The notes under the pieces: model-generated
The model's input: only the letters and a program-made list of their open reading frames with translations
What the model was told of the DNA's origin: nothing
The model's database searches: none
Position numbers and translations under genes: made by a program
NCBI GenBank assembly: GCA_037969075.1
Contig: JBBKWS010000014.1
Span: 1 to 55,191 of the forward strand
Direction of reading: 5' to 3'
Length of the DNA: 55,191 bases
Source of the DNA: Bdellovibrionales bacterium
Lineage (GTDB): Bacteria > Bdellovibrionota > Bdellovibrionia > Bdellovibrionales > UBA840
Shown: piece after piece, positions 26,283-35,897 of the stretch
Layout: each line of letters starts with the position of its first letter
How positions within the stretch are numbered: the first letter of the stretch is position 1

Positions 26283-27035
26283 TTAATTTGAATACATAGA
26301 GATTTTAAGCTTAGTTGTTTCTATTAGATTTAAATGCCAATCCCTAAGTGAATGAGGTGACACATCACCGAACATAATGGGGTCAATAATACCCCAGTCA
26401 CCCGACTCCATCTTAATAGCAGTAGCTACATGGTACCCATAAGAGTTATTGTTAACATTAAGGTGATTTCTAAACTTCAAGCCACCATAGCCAGTTGCTA
26501 TCAACCTCATTGTCTGCTGGTCACCAAGCACTTCAAGTAAACGCTTAGAGATACAGGCGCACTCGTTTTTACAGTAATGCTTAATCTTGTCATGTGACCC
26601 AAAGACTTCAACCGCGTAGACCTCACGACTCTTCTTAAGAATCTCCATTCTAGCAGTAACTGCCTCTTGCCAAGCTTCAGTGCTGGCTGATACGAATTTA
26701 GCTGTAGGCACTTGAGGTTCATCAAGAGAAATAACTCCCAATTTTAAAGAAACTCCCATTTTTTTTAACTTTAACAATTTCTCTTCAATATCCGCAGGGA
26801 GCAGCGCCTGCCCTTGATTCAGCTCAATAAAACGCAAAGTATTAACTGAAATACCGCTTATTAAATCTAGACTATCCCAAGGAGATTGAATATCAGTCGA
26901 CTCAATACGACTGTAAAGTGACAACAGCTCTGACTCTGAAACCGGCTTCATCTCAGGCTCTGAATAACAGCCCACTTGTAAAATAAGACTAACTATAGCT
27001 AACAAGCGTACTTTAGATTTTAAAAATCTTCGCAT
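26283..27035 (-). CDS. lipoprotein, protein-glutamine glutaminase-like (papain-fold deamidase) candidate
   Basis: Lipobox LILQVG|C. The C-terminus YCKNECACISKRLLEVL...SYGYHVATAIKMESGDWGIIDPIMFGDVSPHSLRDW resembles the C...W-YHVA...IDPSLF...W core of Chryseobacterium protein-glutaminase (recalled from memory). Confidence 0.45.
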   Translation of the reverse strand: MRRFLKSKVRLLAIVSLILQVGCYSEPEMKPVSESELLSLYSRIESTDIQSPWDSLDLISGISVNTLRFIELNQGQALLPADIEEKLLKLKKMGVSLKLGVISLDEPQVPTAKFVSASTEAWQEAVTARMEILKKSREVYAVEVFGSHDKIKHYCKNECACISKRLLEVLGDQQTMRLIATGYGGLKFRNHLNVNNNSYGYHVATAIKMESGDWGIIDPIMFGDVSPHSLRDWHLNLIETTKLKISMYSN

Positions 27036-27145
27036 ATAAACCGCCTACCTTATTTACAACTATAAAAAAACTACCTTGATGGTCCTATCTAATCTAGGGT
27101 ACCGGTGGCTATCTCATAGCAGTAAATATAGCAATAAGCGGGCCG

Positions 27146-29020
27146 TTAAATCTCTATTTGAGTACCAACTTCAATTACATTATTTGGTGGAATGTTAAAG
27201 AACAGCATAGGGCGTTCTGCATTTCGGGACATAAAGGAGAATAACTTACTTCTCCATTTACTAAAAAATGTCTGCTCTCTTACAACTATGGTTTCTCTGC
27301 CAAGTACAAAGGTAATCTCATCTAAAGGAAAGTCTAAGCCCGCTGCTTTTGCAGCTTGAAAAATAGTAACAACACTTGGTCTTTCACGAAATCCAAAATA
27401 CGCCTTTAAACGATAAAAATTAGGAGCAAGCTCTCTCACTTTTACCCGATCCGATGCTTTTACAAATGGAATCTTGCTGGTTTTAACAGTTAAAATTAAA
27501 ATCTTCTCATGTAAAACCTTATTATGCTTTAAGTTATGTAAAAGCGGGACAGGTACACCCCACGCATCACCTGACATAAAAACTGCATAACCAGGAACTC
27601 TTTGCGGCTGTAATTTGTTTATATGCTCTAAGAACTCTTCTACAGAGATCGATCTTTTCTTTAAGATTTCTAAAAGCTGTACTCTTCCTAGTTGCCAAGT
27701 TTTCATTAGTATAAACACAAAAGACGCTAGTAATAATGCAACCCAACCACCTTCAAAAAACTTAACGGCATTAGCCCCAAAAAATAAAATATCAGAAATT
27801 AACAGCCCACCAAAAAGTAATGATGCCTGCCATATTTTCCACTTCCAAATTTTGGTGGCCACATCAAATGCTAAGATTGTGGTTAAACCCATTGTTGCTG
27901 CAACTGCTACACCATATGCTGAAGCAAGAGCAGCCGAGGTTTGAAACTGTAATACTAATAATACAACGCCTACAAAAAGACAGGCGTTTACAAACGGCAA
28001 ATAGATCTGTCCAATTACACTAGAAGACGTATGTACAATTTGTAGACGCGGAAAAAAACCTAATTGCATCGCTTGCTTTGAGAGAGAAAAAATCCCCGAG
28101 ATAAGAGCTTGTGAGGCAATAGTTGCCGTGGCTGCAGCTAAAATCACTAGAGGCCATAGAGCCCAATCTGGAGCTAACATAAAAAATGGGTTTTCGATGG
28201 CTTCAGGGTTTGATAATAATAAAGCCCCTTGTCCAAAATAGTTTAAAATCAATGCGGGAAATGCCACAAAATACCATGCTCTAACTATAGGCTTTCTACC
28301 AAAATGCCCCATGTCTGCATATAGGGACTCGCCGCCTGTAACTACCAAGAAAATAGAACCTAAAACCAACACACTAGATAGTGAGTTATCAATAAAAAAT
28401 CTAACAGCATAGATAGGATTCAGTGCCCATAATATATATGGATGCTCTATCAATTTAATCACTCCAAACATTCCTATTGTAATGAACCAAACCAGTACAA
28501 TCGGCCCAAAGAAACTACCAATCTTGGCTGTCCCAAACCTTTGAAAATAGAACAGCAAGCTTATCAATATCAATGTGATGGGGATTACAAAGCTCCCTAA
28601 ATTAGGGGCAATGATCTTTAAACCTTCAACTGCAGATAATACAGAAATCGCAGGAGTGATTACACCATCACCAAATAACAAAGCGGCACCGATTAAGCCT
28701 ACTAATACAACCCATTTTCTATTCTCTTCAACCTTCGAAACTAGTGCCATCAAGGAGAGCACACCACCCTCACCGTTATTATCAGCACGCAAAATATAGG
28801 TCATATATTTAACGCTTATAACAAGTGTTAGTGTCCATAAAATTAAGGATAAAATACCAAAGACGTTTCCCTCTGTTAATGCCAGACCATAGTGGGGACT
28901 AAAACATTCACGAAAGGCATATAACGGACTTGTACCTATATCCCCAAAAACGACTCCGAGGGCGATAAGCGATTGAATCGCTAAGGACTTATTGGAAGAT
29001 TCATGTTGCAAACTTGACAT
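27146..29020 (-). CDS. kup: KUP/HAK/KT-family potassium transporter
   Basis: N-terminal GVVFGDIGTSPLYAF signature, 12 TM segments plus a cytoplasmic C-terminal domain. 624 aa. Confidence 0.9.
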   Translation of the reverse strand: MSSLQHESSNKSLAIQSLIALGVVFGDIGTSPLYAFRECFSPHYGLALTEGNVFGILSLILWTLTLVISVKYMTYILRADNNGEGGVLSLMALVSKVEENRKWVVLVGLIGAALLFGDGVITPAISVLSAVEGLKIIAPNLGSFVIPITLILISLLFYFQRFGTAKIGSFFGPIVLVWFITIGMFGVIKLIEHPYILWALNPIYAVRFFIDNSLSSVLVLGSIFLVVTGGESLYADMGHFGRKPIVRAWYFVAFPALILNYFGQGALLLSNPEAIENPFFMLAPDWALWPLVILAAATATIASQALISGIFSLSKQAMQLGFFPRLQIVHTSSSVIGQIYLPFVNACLFVGVVLLVLQFQTSAALASAYGVAVAATMGLTTILAFDVATKIWKWKIWQASLLFGGLLISDILFFGANAVKFFEGGWVALLLASFVFILMKTWQLGRVQLLEILKKRSISVEEFLEHINKLQPQRVPGYAVFMSGDAWGVPVPLLHNLKHNKVLHEKILILTVKTSKIPFVKASDRVKVRELAPNFYRLKAYFGFRERPSVVTIFQAAKAAGLDFPLDEITFVLGRETIVVREQTFFSKWRSKLFSFMSRNAERPMLFFNIPPNNVIEVGTQIEI

Positions 29021-29223
29021 AGTATTAAGGCATTAAATCGAACTTCATGAAATGGGTCAACTGATTGATTAGCACTGAAATAAGGCTTAAATAATGACTG
29101 TTTTGTAGCAGTTTTGTGCAAAATGCCACAGGAAGTCCATATTTAAACAAAAGAGAAAAATACCTATCCGTCTGGTTTCTTCTGTGTTAACCTGTGAGAA
29201 CATAATTTTAGTGAGGTTTATAA

Positions 29224-29418
29224 ATGAGCACAGGTACCGTAAAGTTTTTTAATGCAGGCAAAGGTTTTGGTTTTATCACTCCGGACGATGGAAAAGATAT
29301 ATTTTTTCACATCTCTGAAGTTCAAGGTGAAGAGCCAAAAGACGGAGATAAAGTAGAATTTGAAGTTGGACAGGGCAAAAAAGGTCCTTGTGCTGTAGGT
29401 GTAAAAGTACAAAGATAG
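29224..29418 (+). CDS. cspA: cold-shock protein (CspA family)
   Basis: [20 protein letters not shown] (RNP1) and DIFFHIS (RNP2). 64 aa. SD GTGAGG. Confidence 0.9.
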   Translation: MSTGTVKFFNAGKGFGFITPDDGKDIFFHISEVQGEEPKDGDKVEFEVGQGKKGPCAVGVKVQR

Positions 29419-29440
29419 TTTTGATTTTACATTTAAATTA

Positions 29441-29468
29441 AAAAAGGCGCTTTTAGCGCCTTTTTTTT
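29441..29468. terminator. bidirectional Rho-independent terminator (csp / convergent secreted-protein gene)
   Basis: aaaaaGGCGCttttaGCGCCtttttttt: stem 29446-29450 / 29456-29460, flanked by an A-run and a T-run. Confidence 0.8.
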
Positions 29469-29471
29469 ATC

Positions 29472-30086
29472 CTAAATACCTACAACTCGCTGTAAAGAGT
29501 AAAGCATTTCATTTAGACCATTTGGAAATGGCAATTGATATAAGTGCTTTAATTCAACCTCTTGCTCGAATCCCTGGCCACCTATAGACACTCTTCCATC
29601 ATAAAAGAGCTTCATTGTATTCGTAACACCTTCTGCAATCTCAATTATCAAGTCTATACTATCAATACCAGGGGCTAAAAACTTAACCGTTCTTATCTCC
29701 GTCGAATATTGCATTATGGTGTCTGAAAATGCTGTGATTGTTGACTCTAAAACGGCCTGATCACAATCCAACTCAATACTTAATGTCATTGAATCATCAA
29801 TGGACCCAGCGATTATCACTACACGAGTTGCCTCAATAGAAAGTCTTTTTAACTCCGCACTGGCAGCCTGCAGGCTTTCCACCTCCTCACTGCTACTATT
29901 AGTTTTTGCCAGAAGGCTATTTACAACTTTTTGATTATATTTAACCTGAAGATCATTTTTGGCCTTAACTTCAAGACAAGTCTGCATAAAAAAACTCTGG
30001 TCAGATAATTTTGACTCTAATGCAGCAAAATCAGCAAATGCTACATTAAACGATAACAATATGGGAAGAATTAAAATCCACTTCAC
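29472..30086 (-). CDS. hypothetical secreted protein (204 aa)
   Basis: Signal peptide MKWILILPILLSFNVAFA|DF. No family recognised. Confidence 0.6.
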   Translation of the reverse strand: MKWILILPILLSFNVAFADFAALESKLSDQSFFMQTCLEVKAKNDLQVKYNQKVVNSLLAKTNSSSEEVESLQAASAELKRLSIEATRVVIIAGSIDDSMTLSIELDCDQAVLESTITAFSDTIMQYSTEIRTVKFLAPGIDSIDLIIEIAEGVTNTMKLFYDGRVSIGGQGFEQEVELKHLYQLPFPNGLNEMLYSLQRVVGI

Positions 30087-30387
30087 TATTCACCTCTATT
30101 AGTTCAAATAATATGTCTTTGTATACTATGAACTGAACAAACTGACTCGAGCTTATTGTCACTTCTGTAATAATTCTACCTACTGTAAAGACCTTAGACA
30201 CAGACCAAAACAATGAAAAAACTTTACGACTTCATTAGTTATTAAAATCTAATACCAAAGCCGGACTTATAGTAGAGCCTATTATGAAGTGATTTCAGGC
30301 TTTTACAGGTAATTATTCTACTCTGTATTGCTGGCAGGCGACTATATAGCTATATTCCTACATCTTTATAAGAATGGGACATTGGGG

Positions 30388-33300
30388 ATGAACTTGCGCA
30401 GTCTATTTATATACGTACTTGTATTTCAATTAATCGTAACAAGCGGTTTGCAGTTTTTTACTCCTACAACAGCCTATGCTGACGACAGCATAATTGAACA
30501 GACTCAGTTTACTACTGAAGAATTAAAAAATAGCGAACCTCTATTTAAGCACTTATACGAAACCCTGTTGGGTGGGCACGAAGCTAACCCTCTAGACACA
30601 TTCTCACTACTGCGCCAAGACTTTCACAAAGATAATACGACTGTCACAAGCATTAGCCCCAGAGGCGTGATGTTTGAAGTAATTAACGAACAGAGCCAGG
30701 TTAAGCAGTTTCGAGCTAGCGAAAGTTTAAGCTCAAACTTTGACGCAAAAATAACTTCTGAAAACACTGGCTTCATCTTATATATAGAAGGAAAGCCTGT
30801 ACATACATTCAGAGTCCCTGTTGAGTCCCTAGCAGTCGTCGGAAACTTTATAGTTTTCATCGAACACAATTCTTATAACGCTCAAGAAAACTTACGGCAT
30901 TTATCATTTATTGATCTTAATTATTTTCATCTATCGAAATCAGAATTACCAATTTTTAAAGTACCCATTCATGGGCAGCAAACAATAAATTCTGTAGTTA
31001 CAGGCAGAGATAGTTTAATTATTAATGATACTAAATACGAGTCCGGACTTTTTGAATTTGCAGCAAGTATGCAAAGAATTATATTTAATGTACTAGTTAA
31101 CACAACAAGCCCTGAGCATCTGACTAGGCTAATGAACTATATAGAACCCTATATAGATTATTTTGCAGCTAACCTAGAGGTAGCAAAAAAGGGTTCTAAT
31201 TCTGAAACTCAAATTTCTCAAATGCAAATAGCTTATGATCAACAACTAAGAGCCTTAAAAGAGAGACAGCAAAAAGGGGAAGATGTATCTGAAGGAACTC
31301 TAAAATTACTGGGCGATAGCTTCTGGGAACCACTCTCAAAGTCCATGCAAAGTGCTAATGAAAACCTACAAGCGCAGCGCGGACTTGTTGGACGACTTGG
31401 AATGTTATGGCAAAGATTAAGTGTCCCAAGACCTGCTGAGGTCTCTAGTTTAAAAGCCAAAATAGTACAACTAGCTGTAGGAATTTATAAACGCACTATA
31501 AAAAAAGCTGACCTTTATGAAGTTGCCCTTGAATTAGCGACAAACAAAAAAGTAAGGTATTCTGCAGCTACATTAAGTGCCTCTGCCTTCGCCTATTATA
31601 TGCCTGAAGCCTCACTACATGCGGTATTAAGTTTAGTAGAAATGGGTAGAGTTCTAACTGAATCTGCTGTCGCCAAAGGAAGTGAGTTCGCAAACATAGG
31701 TTGGGAGACCACAAAAGCAACCTTCAGCGGAATTAGTCCTATTAAATTATATGAAACTTACATAGCAGATGGCGCTTGGCAGCGGACGTCTATCGGTGTT
31801 AGCTCAATGTTTACAATTTTAACCATTGTTGTCGGAATACCGCATATCTTGGTAAACTCATATTACCTAGTTAAAGACTTCAGAAATTCACCAAGTCTAG
31901 ACTGGCAAAAAGGGCGACCTGGCGAACTACTTGGCTTCTTACTTACATTTAAACACTTTAGTATTACTGAAAATAGTAAGGACTTAAAAGCATATAAAGA
32001 TAATGTGCTGGCAAAAATAATTCCTAATTTTATTAAGAGGCAACAAGATATACAATCCGCATATATAAATGCATTGTCTGATGAAAAAAAATCTGCAACC
32101 GCAAGCACTGATGCGCAAGACATAGAAACTGAAAATCGTCTGGCACAGGAGTTTATTGATAGTTTTGAAAAAGAGCGGCAAGGTCGTAAAACCATGTTGA
32201 ACCGCCTAACTAACTCAAGAATCTGGAATGTGTTAAATGACTATGTAGATATAAACCTACCTCAAGTAAAGCATGGGATATATTCTACCCAAGCGGCAAT
32301 GAGTCGTTTTAAGAATATAGAAAATTTTGCCGGAGCAATGTCGCATTTTTTATTTTCATTTGCTGCTTTTACTAAATCAGGTGTCTTTTATACAACCTCA
32401 TGGAACTACTTCTTTTTATTAAGAGCACTTGTGTTTAAACCAAAATTGGCAGTTACCTTTTTGTTTTTTCCTAATTACTTCCGAAGATCCGTGGCCACTG
32501 ACCTAGGAAAAATAACACCCCCTAGTTTTTGGAATGGTGGGACGCGTTGGATCTGGCAAGAGATTTCTCAGCACTTTGATCGAACCAAGGATAAGGAATA
32601 CTTTGAGCAAGCAAGAATATTTGAATCTGAAGTTGTAGAGGTAGAAAAAACGGCGAACGCTGAAGCCCTAAAAGAGGCTTACAAAGCTTTGCAACGTTAT
32701 CTAAAGTATAAAAGTAGTGATGTAATAAAACTATCTGAACAAAAAGAAAAGCTAACTAGCAATGCATTTAAGGATTTATCCTATGATGCTAAAAGCCTAT
32801 TCACAGTTTATTATGATAAATTAATCGAAGTCTCTATGAGTGTATACTTAAGGCGTGTAGCAGAAGCTGGCAGTGACACCTCAATAACCTCTACACAGGC
32901 CGACATTAAAAACTGGTTTATACACGAAAAAATTAGTCCTCAATCAACCACCATTGATATCAAAGAGATCGTTCGAGACCTTGCGTCTGACCCTAAATTG
33001 TATGAGCAAGCGATTGAGGTGGTAAACAGAAGTAATCACTTTATAGAAAAGCAAGTAAGTCGTGAGAAGCATCGAACCTATTGGAATCTTGATCCCTCAC
33101 ACAGTGGACAGTTTAGCAGATTCGTGAACGCTGAAAAGCAGATGAAAAAGCCCAGTGCAATGGCCAGAGCTGTTAGAGCTAATATTGTAGGGTTAATTGT
33201 TGATAAGCCCATGGAGCTTGCTCTGCTATTCTTACTGGTCGCGGGAATTACTGATGGACCAAATAAACCTCTTTGGGACACTATGTTTAGCCAAGATTCT

Positions 33301-34053
33301 GCATTTTACTTATCAAGAAACGTTTTTATGGGGTATATTGCCGGTCTCATAACAAGCATATTTGCTGATGTTTGGGTTAAGGTTCAAAGAGATGTCAGGT
33401 TAGATAGTTTAGGCGGATTTGATCAAATCCCCAAAGGGGAAATGGCTGAAAAGCCGTTTAGAACATGGTATTGGCATGTATTTAGGACTGACAAAAACAA
33501 TAAATGGTTTGATCAACATAAAAATGATTCAAAATTAATTTATCATAATATGGGCCCGGCCTTTGTATTAATGACGGTGATTGGTATGACCACCTTAGGG
33601 CGAGTCGATATAGATTTTTATACACTAGGGTATATCACCGCCTTCTTTTTACCATTTACTGGCCTAAGTGCAAAGATCGAACAAACATTCGATATTGCTA
33701 GTGGTTGGGTACTTAGACATGTCCCCAAAAACTTACACAGCAATCCACTTATTATAAAGTGGGCCAATAAAGAAATCACCAGGCTTCGTATGAGCTTTCA
33801 AGTTTACAATAAACTTTATGAGAATATATTGGGACAATTTCTAGGAAACCTGATGGCCCTAACAACAACTATGAGTGGAACAAGGGCATTGAGTAGAATT
33901 TTATTTGGAGGAAAGACTGTCACTGAGCGCTTAATTGAAACAACTACAGCGGCAGCTGAACATATCCCTGGTGCTAAGTTTTTTGATAATGCTTGTAGGG
34001 TTTTATTTACAAATAATTATAACTCTGGAAAATTGCCACCAGCTCCTAAGTAA
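30388..34053 (+). CDS. very large polytopic membrane protein of unknown function (~1221 aa)
   Basis: Uninterrupted ORF. The likely start is MNLRSLFIYVLVFQLIVTSGLQFFTPTTAYA|DD (signal peptide); the ORF-track start at 30328 is a TTG. About 400 aa of soluble N-terminal region are followed by at least 10 hydrophobic segments separated by charged helical regions. No motif recognised. Confidence 0.7.
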   Translation: MNLRSLFIYVLVFQLIVTSGLQFFTPTTAYADDSIIEQTQFTTEELKNSEPLFKHLYETLLGGHEANPLDTFSLLRQDFHKDNTTVTSISPRGVMFEVINEQSQVKQFRASESLSSNFDAKITSENTGFILYIEGKPVHTFRVPVESLAVVGNFIVFIEHNSYNAQENLRHLSFIDLNYFHLSKSELPIFKVPIHGQQTINSVVTGRDSLIINDTKYESGLFEFAASMQRIIFNVLVNTTSPEHLTRLMNYIEPYIDYFAANLEVAKKGSNSETQISQMQIAYDQQLRALKERQQKGEDVSEGTLKLLGDSFWEPLSKSMQSANENLQAQRGLVGRLGMLWQRLSVPRPAEVSSLKAKIVQLAVGIYKRTIKKADLYEVALELATNKKVRYSAATLSASAFAYYMPEASLHAVLSLVEMGRVLTESAVAKGSEFANIGWETTKATFSGISPIKLYETYIADGAWQRTSIGVSSMFTILTIVVGIPHILVNSYYLVKDFRNSPSLDWQKGRPGELLGFLLTFKHFSITENSKDLKAYKDNVLAKIIPNFIKRQQDIQSAYINALSDEKKSATASTDAQDIETENRLAQEFIDSFEKERQGRKTMLNRLTNSRIWNVLNDYVDINLPQVKHGIYSTQAAMSRFKNIENFAGAMSHFLFSFAAFTKSGVFYTTSWNYFFLLRALVFKPKLAVTFLFFPNYFRRSVATDLGKITPPSFWNGGTRWIWQEISQHFDRTKDKEYFEQARIFESEVVEVEKTANAEALKEAYKALQRYLKYKSSDVIKLSEQKEKLTSNAFKDLSYDAKSLFTVYYDKLIEVSMSVYLRRVAEAGSDTSITSTQADIKNWFIHEKISPQSTTIDIKEIVRDLASDPKLYEQAIEVVNRSNHFIEKQVSREKHRTYWNLDPSHSGQFSRFVNAEKQMKKPSAMARAVRANIVGLIVDKPMELALLFLLVAGITDGPNKPLWDTMFSQDSAFYLSRNVFMGYIAGLITSIFADVWVKVQRDVRLDSLGGFDQIPKGEMAEKPFRTWYWHVFRTDKNNKWFDQHKNDSKLIYHNMGPAFVLMTVIGMTTLGRVDIDFYTLGYITAFFLPFTGLSAKIEQTFDIASGWVLRHVPKNLHSNPLIIKWANKEITRLRMSFQVYNKLYENILGQFLGNLMALTTTMSGTRALSRILFGGKTVTERLIETTTAAAEHIPGAKFFDNACRVLFTNNYNSGKLPPAPK

Positions 34054-34055
34054 AT

Positions 34056-34724
34056 CTATAATCTAAACAACCCTAGACCACTTCGTGTTTTGTCCTCGAA
34101 TTGCTCAAGAGGTATAGTCTCAATATTTTCGTCGGGGAGTAAAATAAAGTCACTCGTACTTTTTAATATTGTGCGCAGTAAAGTTTTACCATAGGCCCTA
34201 TTGAACCCAAATAAACCCCAAGCAAGATCTGTCGCAATAGTGACTTGTGGTTTTTCGGCAATAAAACATTTTTTGTCTTTGCATCTAACTGCCCCCCAAG
34301 CATTTAAGCTCTTCGGTTGAAATGTTGCAAAGTTATATGGTGCATGTATTAAACTACTATTTAAACTACCTATAATAGAAGTTGGCGTAAATCTAGTGTC
34401 CGGAAGTAACACAATATTTCTATCCGCCCACAGCATCTCTGCTTGTAAAAGACTGTCTGCCCATTCAAGAGAAGAAGCGATATAAAGTACCTCAAGATCA
34501 TAAGTCGCCTTCTTCTTCTCTAAAAACACATTCAGATCTACCTTATCCTCTCTAGAAATAATAACAGCATTCATTTTATTCAACTTAGCTAACTTAAGCG
34601 CCCACTCAATCATTGGCTCACTTTCTTCTTTTAAGACCAATAACTCTTTAGACCTGTTTGCCTGAAGGCGCTTGCCAAATCCTGCGGCGGGTATTAATAA
34701 CTTAGTAGTGGAACTTAATGTCAT
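34056..34724 (-). CDS. sugar-phosphate nucleotidyltransferase-family protein
   Basis: N-terminal LIPAAGFGKRL (GxGxR-L NTP-transferase signature). 222 aa. Confidence 0.6.
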   Translation of the reverse strand: MTLSSTTKLLIPAAGFGKRLQANRSKELLVLKEESEPMIEWALKLAKLNKMNAVIISREDKVDLNVFLEKKKATYDLEVLYIASSLEWADSLLQAEMLWADRNIVLLPDTRFTPTSIIGSLNSSLIHAPYNFATFQPKSLNAWGAVRCKDKKCFIAEKPQVTIATDLAWGLFGFNRAYGKTLLRTILKSTSDFILLPDENIETIPLEQFEDKTRSGLGLFRL

Positions 34725-35523
34725 AGTACTTAGCTATAATCATCCCGAAATAACTGCAAGAACAATATCTTCTCTATCCCCGTTTACATTCAAAAATATT
34801 TATTTAATTCATAATGGCAGCACTGATACCCATAAGGATAAACTTATAAATGATTTTCCCGATATCCACCATGTCGTACTACCAATGAATCTAGGATTTA
34901 CAGGCGGTGCCAATGCGGGATTTACTGAGGCCTATAAAACAGCAGACTGGTGTCTATTTTTAACGAATGACTGTATTTTAGAAAATATTGGGCAACTACC
35001 TTTAAAGCCAGCCATCATCGCTCCTAAAATTATGAGTAGAAATACAAAGAATATCGACTCTATCGCTGGTTACTATATCCCGCAAAAAGGTTTATTAAGA
35101 CATTATCGCCGTGAAGAAGAGTTTTATACTAATACAGACATTAAGTACGTGCCAGGAACCGGCTTTATCCTACATAAAGATATCTTTATTAAAACAAATG
35201 GATTTGATACATCTTTATTTACTTATTGGGAAGACGTCGACTTTAGCATTCGTCTACAACAATTTGGATATCAAATTTACATCGATCCCGACTGGCGTCT
35301 GCGTCATTATATCGGAAAAACCTGTCATAAAAATCCACTTTATACCATATACTATTACCAAAGAAACCGCCTGCGAATTTCAAAAAAATACACACGCGGA
35401 GTATTTCGCTTGCAGCTCATATTTTTTGTATTTAAGGATCTTCTAAAACTAGTGTGTAAATTACTAACAAAGAAAAGGTATAAGGACGTACTCCTTCTAT
35501 GGACAGCAATTAAAGAATCATAA
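34708..35523 (+). CDS. family 2 glycosyltransferase
   Basis: VIVLSYNHPEIT (beta1, ...sYN), TNDCIL (DxD-like) and YWEDVDFSIRL motifs. The start is uncertain (GTG 34708 or TTG 34672). Either one overlaps the 5' end of the divergent gene. Confidence 0.7.
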   Translation: MELNVIVLSYNHPEITARTISSLSPFTFKNIYLIHNGSTDTHKDKLINDFPDIHHVVLPMNLGFTGGANAGFTEAYKTADWCLFLTNDCILENIGQLPLKPAIIAPKIMSRNTKNIDSIAGYYIPQKGLLRHYRREEEFYTNTDIKYVPGTGFILHKDIFIKTNGFDTSLFTYWEDVDFSIRLQQFGYQIYIDPDWRLRHYIGKTCHKNPLYTIYYYQRNRLRISKKYTRGVFRLQLIFFVFKDLLKLVCKLLTKKRYKDVLLLWTAIKES

Positions 35524-35528
35524 TAATC

Positions 35529-35897
35529 CTATAGCTGTTTTAATTTTTCATTCATTGATTTAAGGCGGGACGCTAATGACTTAAGCATCGCATTTGCCCA
35601 ATCCGGTAAATCCATCAGTAATTTCTCATAAGCGGACTCTGATATTTTAACAAAGGTACAGTCTGTTAAAGCAGTGGCAGACGCTGATCTTGGTTTTTGC
35701 TCAAGTAGCGAAAACTCACCAAACGCATCCCCTTCTTCAATCACTGCAATACTAACCTTATTCCCTTGAGTATTTTTGGTATGGATTTCTACTTTTCCCT
35801 CTTGTAAAATATAAAAATGAAGATCTTTATCACCTTCATTAAAAATAATACTCCCACCTTTTACTGATTGTGACTCTAAATCTGCTAATTGCGACAT
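35529..35897 (-). CDS. stand-alone cyclic-nucleotide-binding domain protein (122 aa)
   Basis: GDAFGEFSLLEQKPRSASATALTDCTFVKI matches the cNMP phosphate-binding cassette (FGE...R-SA). No output domain. Confidence 0.75.
   Translation of the reverse strand: MSQLADLESQSVKGGSIIFNEGDKDLHFYILQEGKVEIHTKNTQGNKVSIAVIEEGDAFGEFSLLEQKPRSASATALTDCTFVKISESAYEKLLMDLPDWANAMLKSLASRLKSMNEKLKQL

Noticed and set aside
26507-26725. 72-aa nested ORF on the same strand within the 26283-27035 lipoprotein gene
   Set aside because: It is an out-of-frame shadow ORF inside a longer CDS that has a lipobox and a conserved C-terminal motif.
29021-29223. Possible c-di-AMP (ydaO-type) riboswitch upstream of kup, or a long structured cspA 5' UTR
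   Set aside because: I saw no conserved ACGGGGA/CCCGAA-type elements or convincing extended pairing by eye. I cannot exclude a csp thermosensing leader without folding or covariance analysis.
29218-29412. 64-aa ORF antisense to the cold-shock gene
   Set aside because: It is a mirror ORF of a highly recognisable csp CDS.
30624-33281. Several 65-110-aa antisense ORFs inside the 1,241-aa gene (30624-30869, 31239-31460, 31863-32195, 31984-32181, 33078-33281)
   Set aside because: All are antisense to one uninterrupted 3.7-kb ORF. None has an SD or a recognisable motif.
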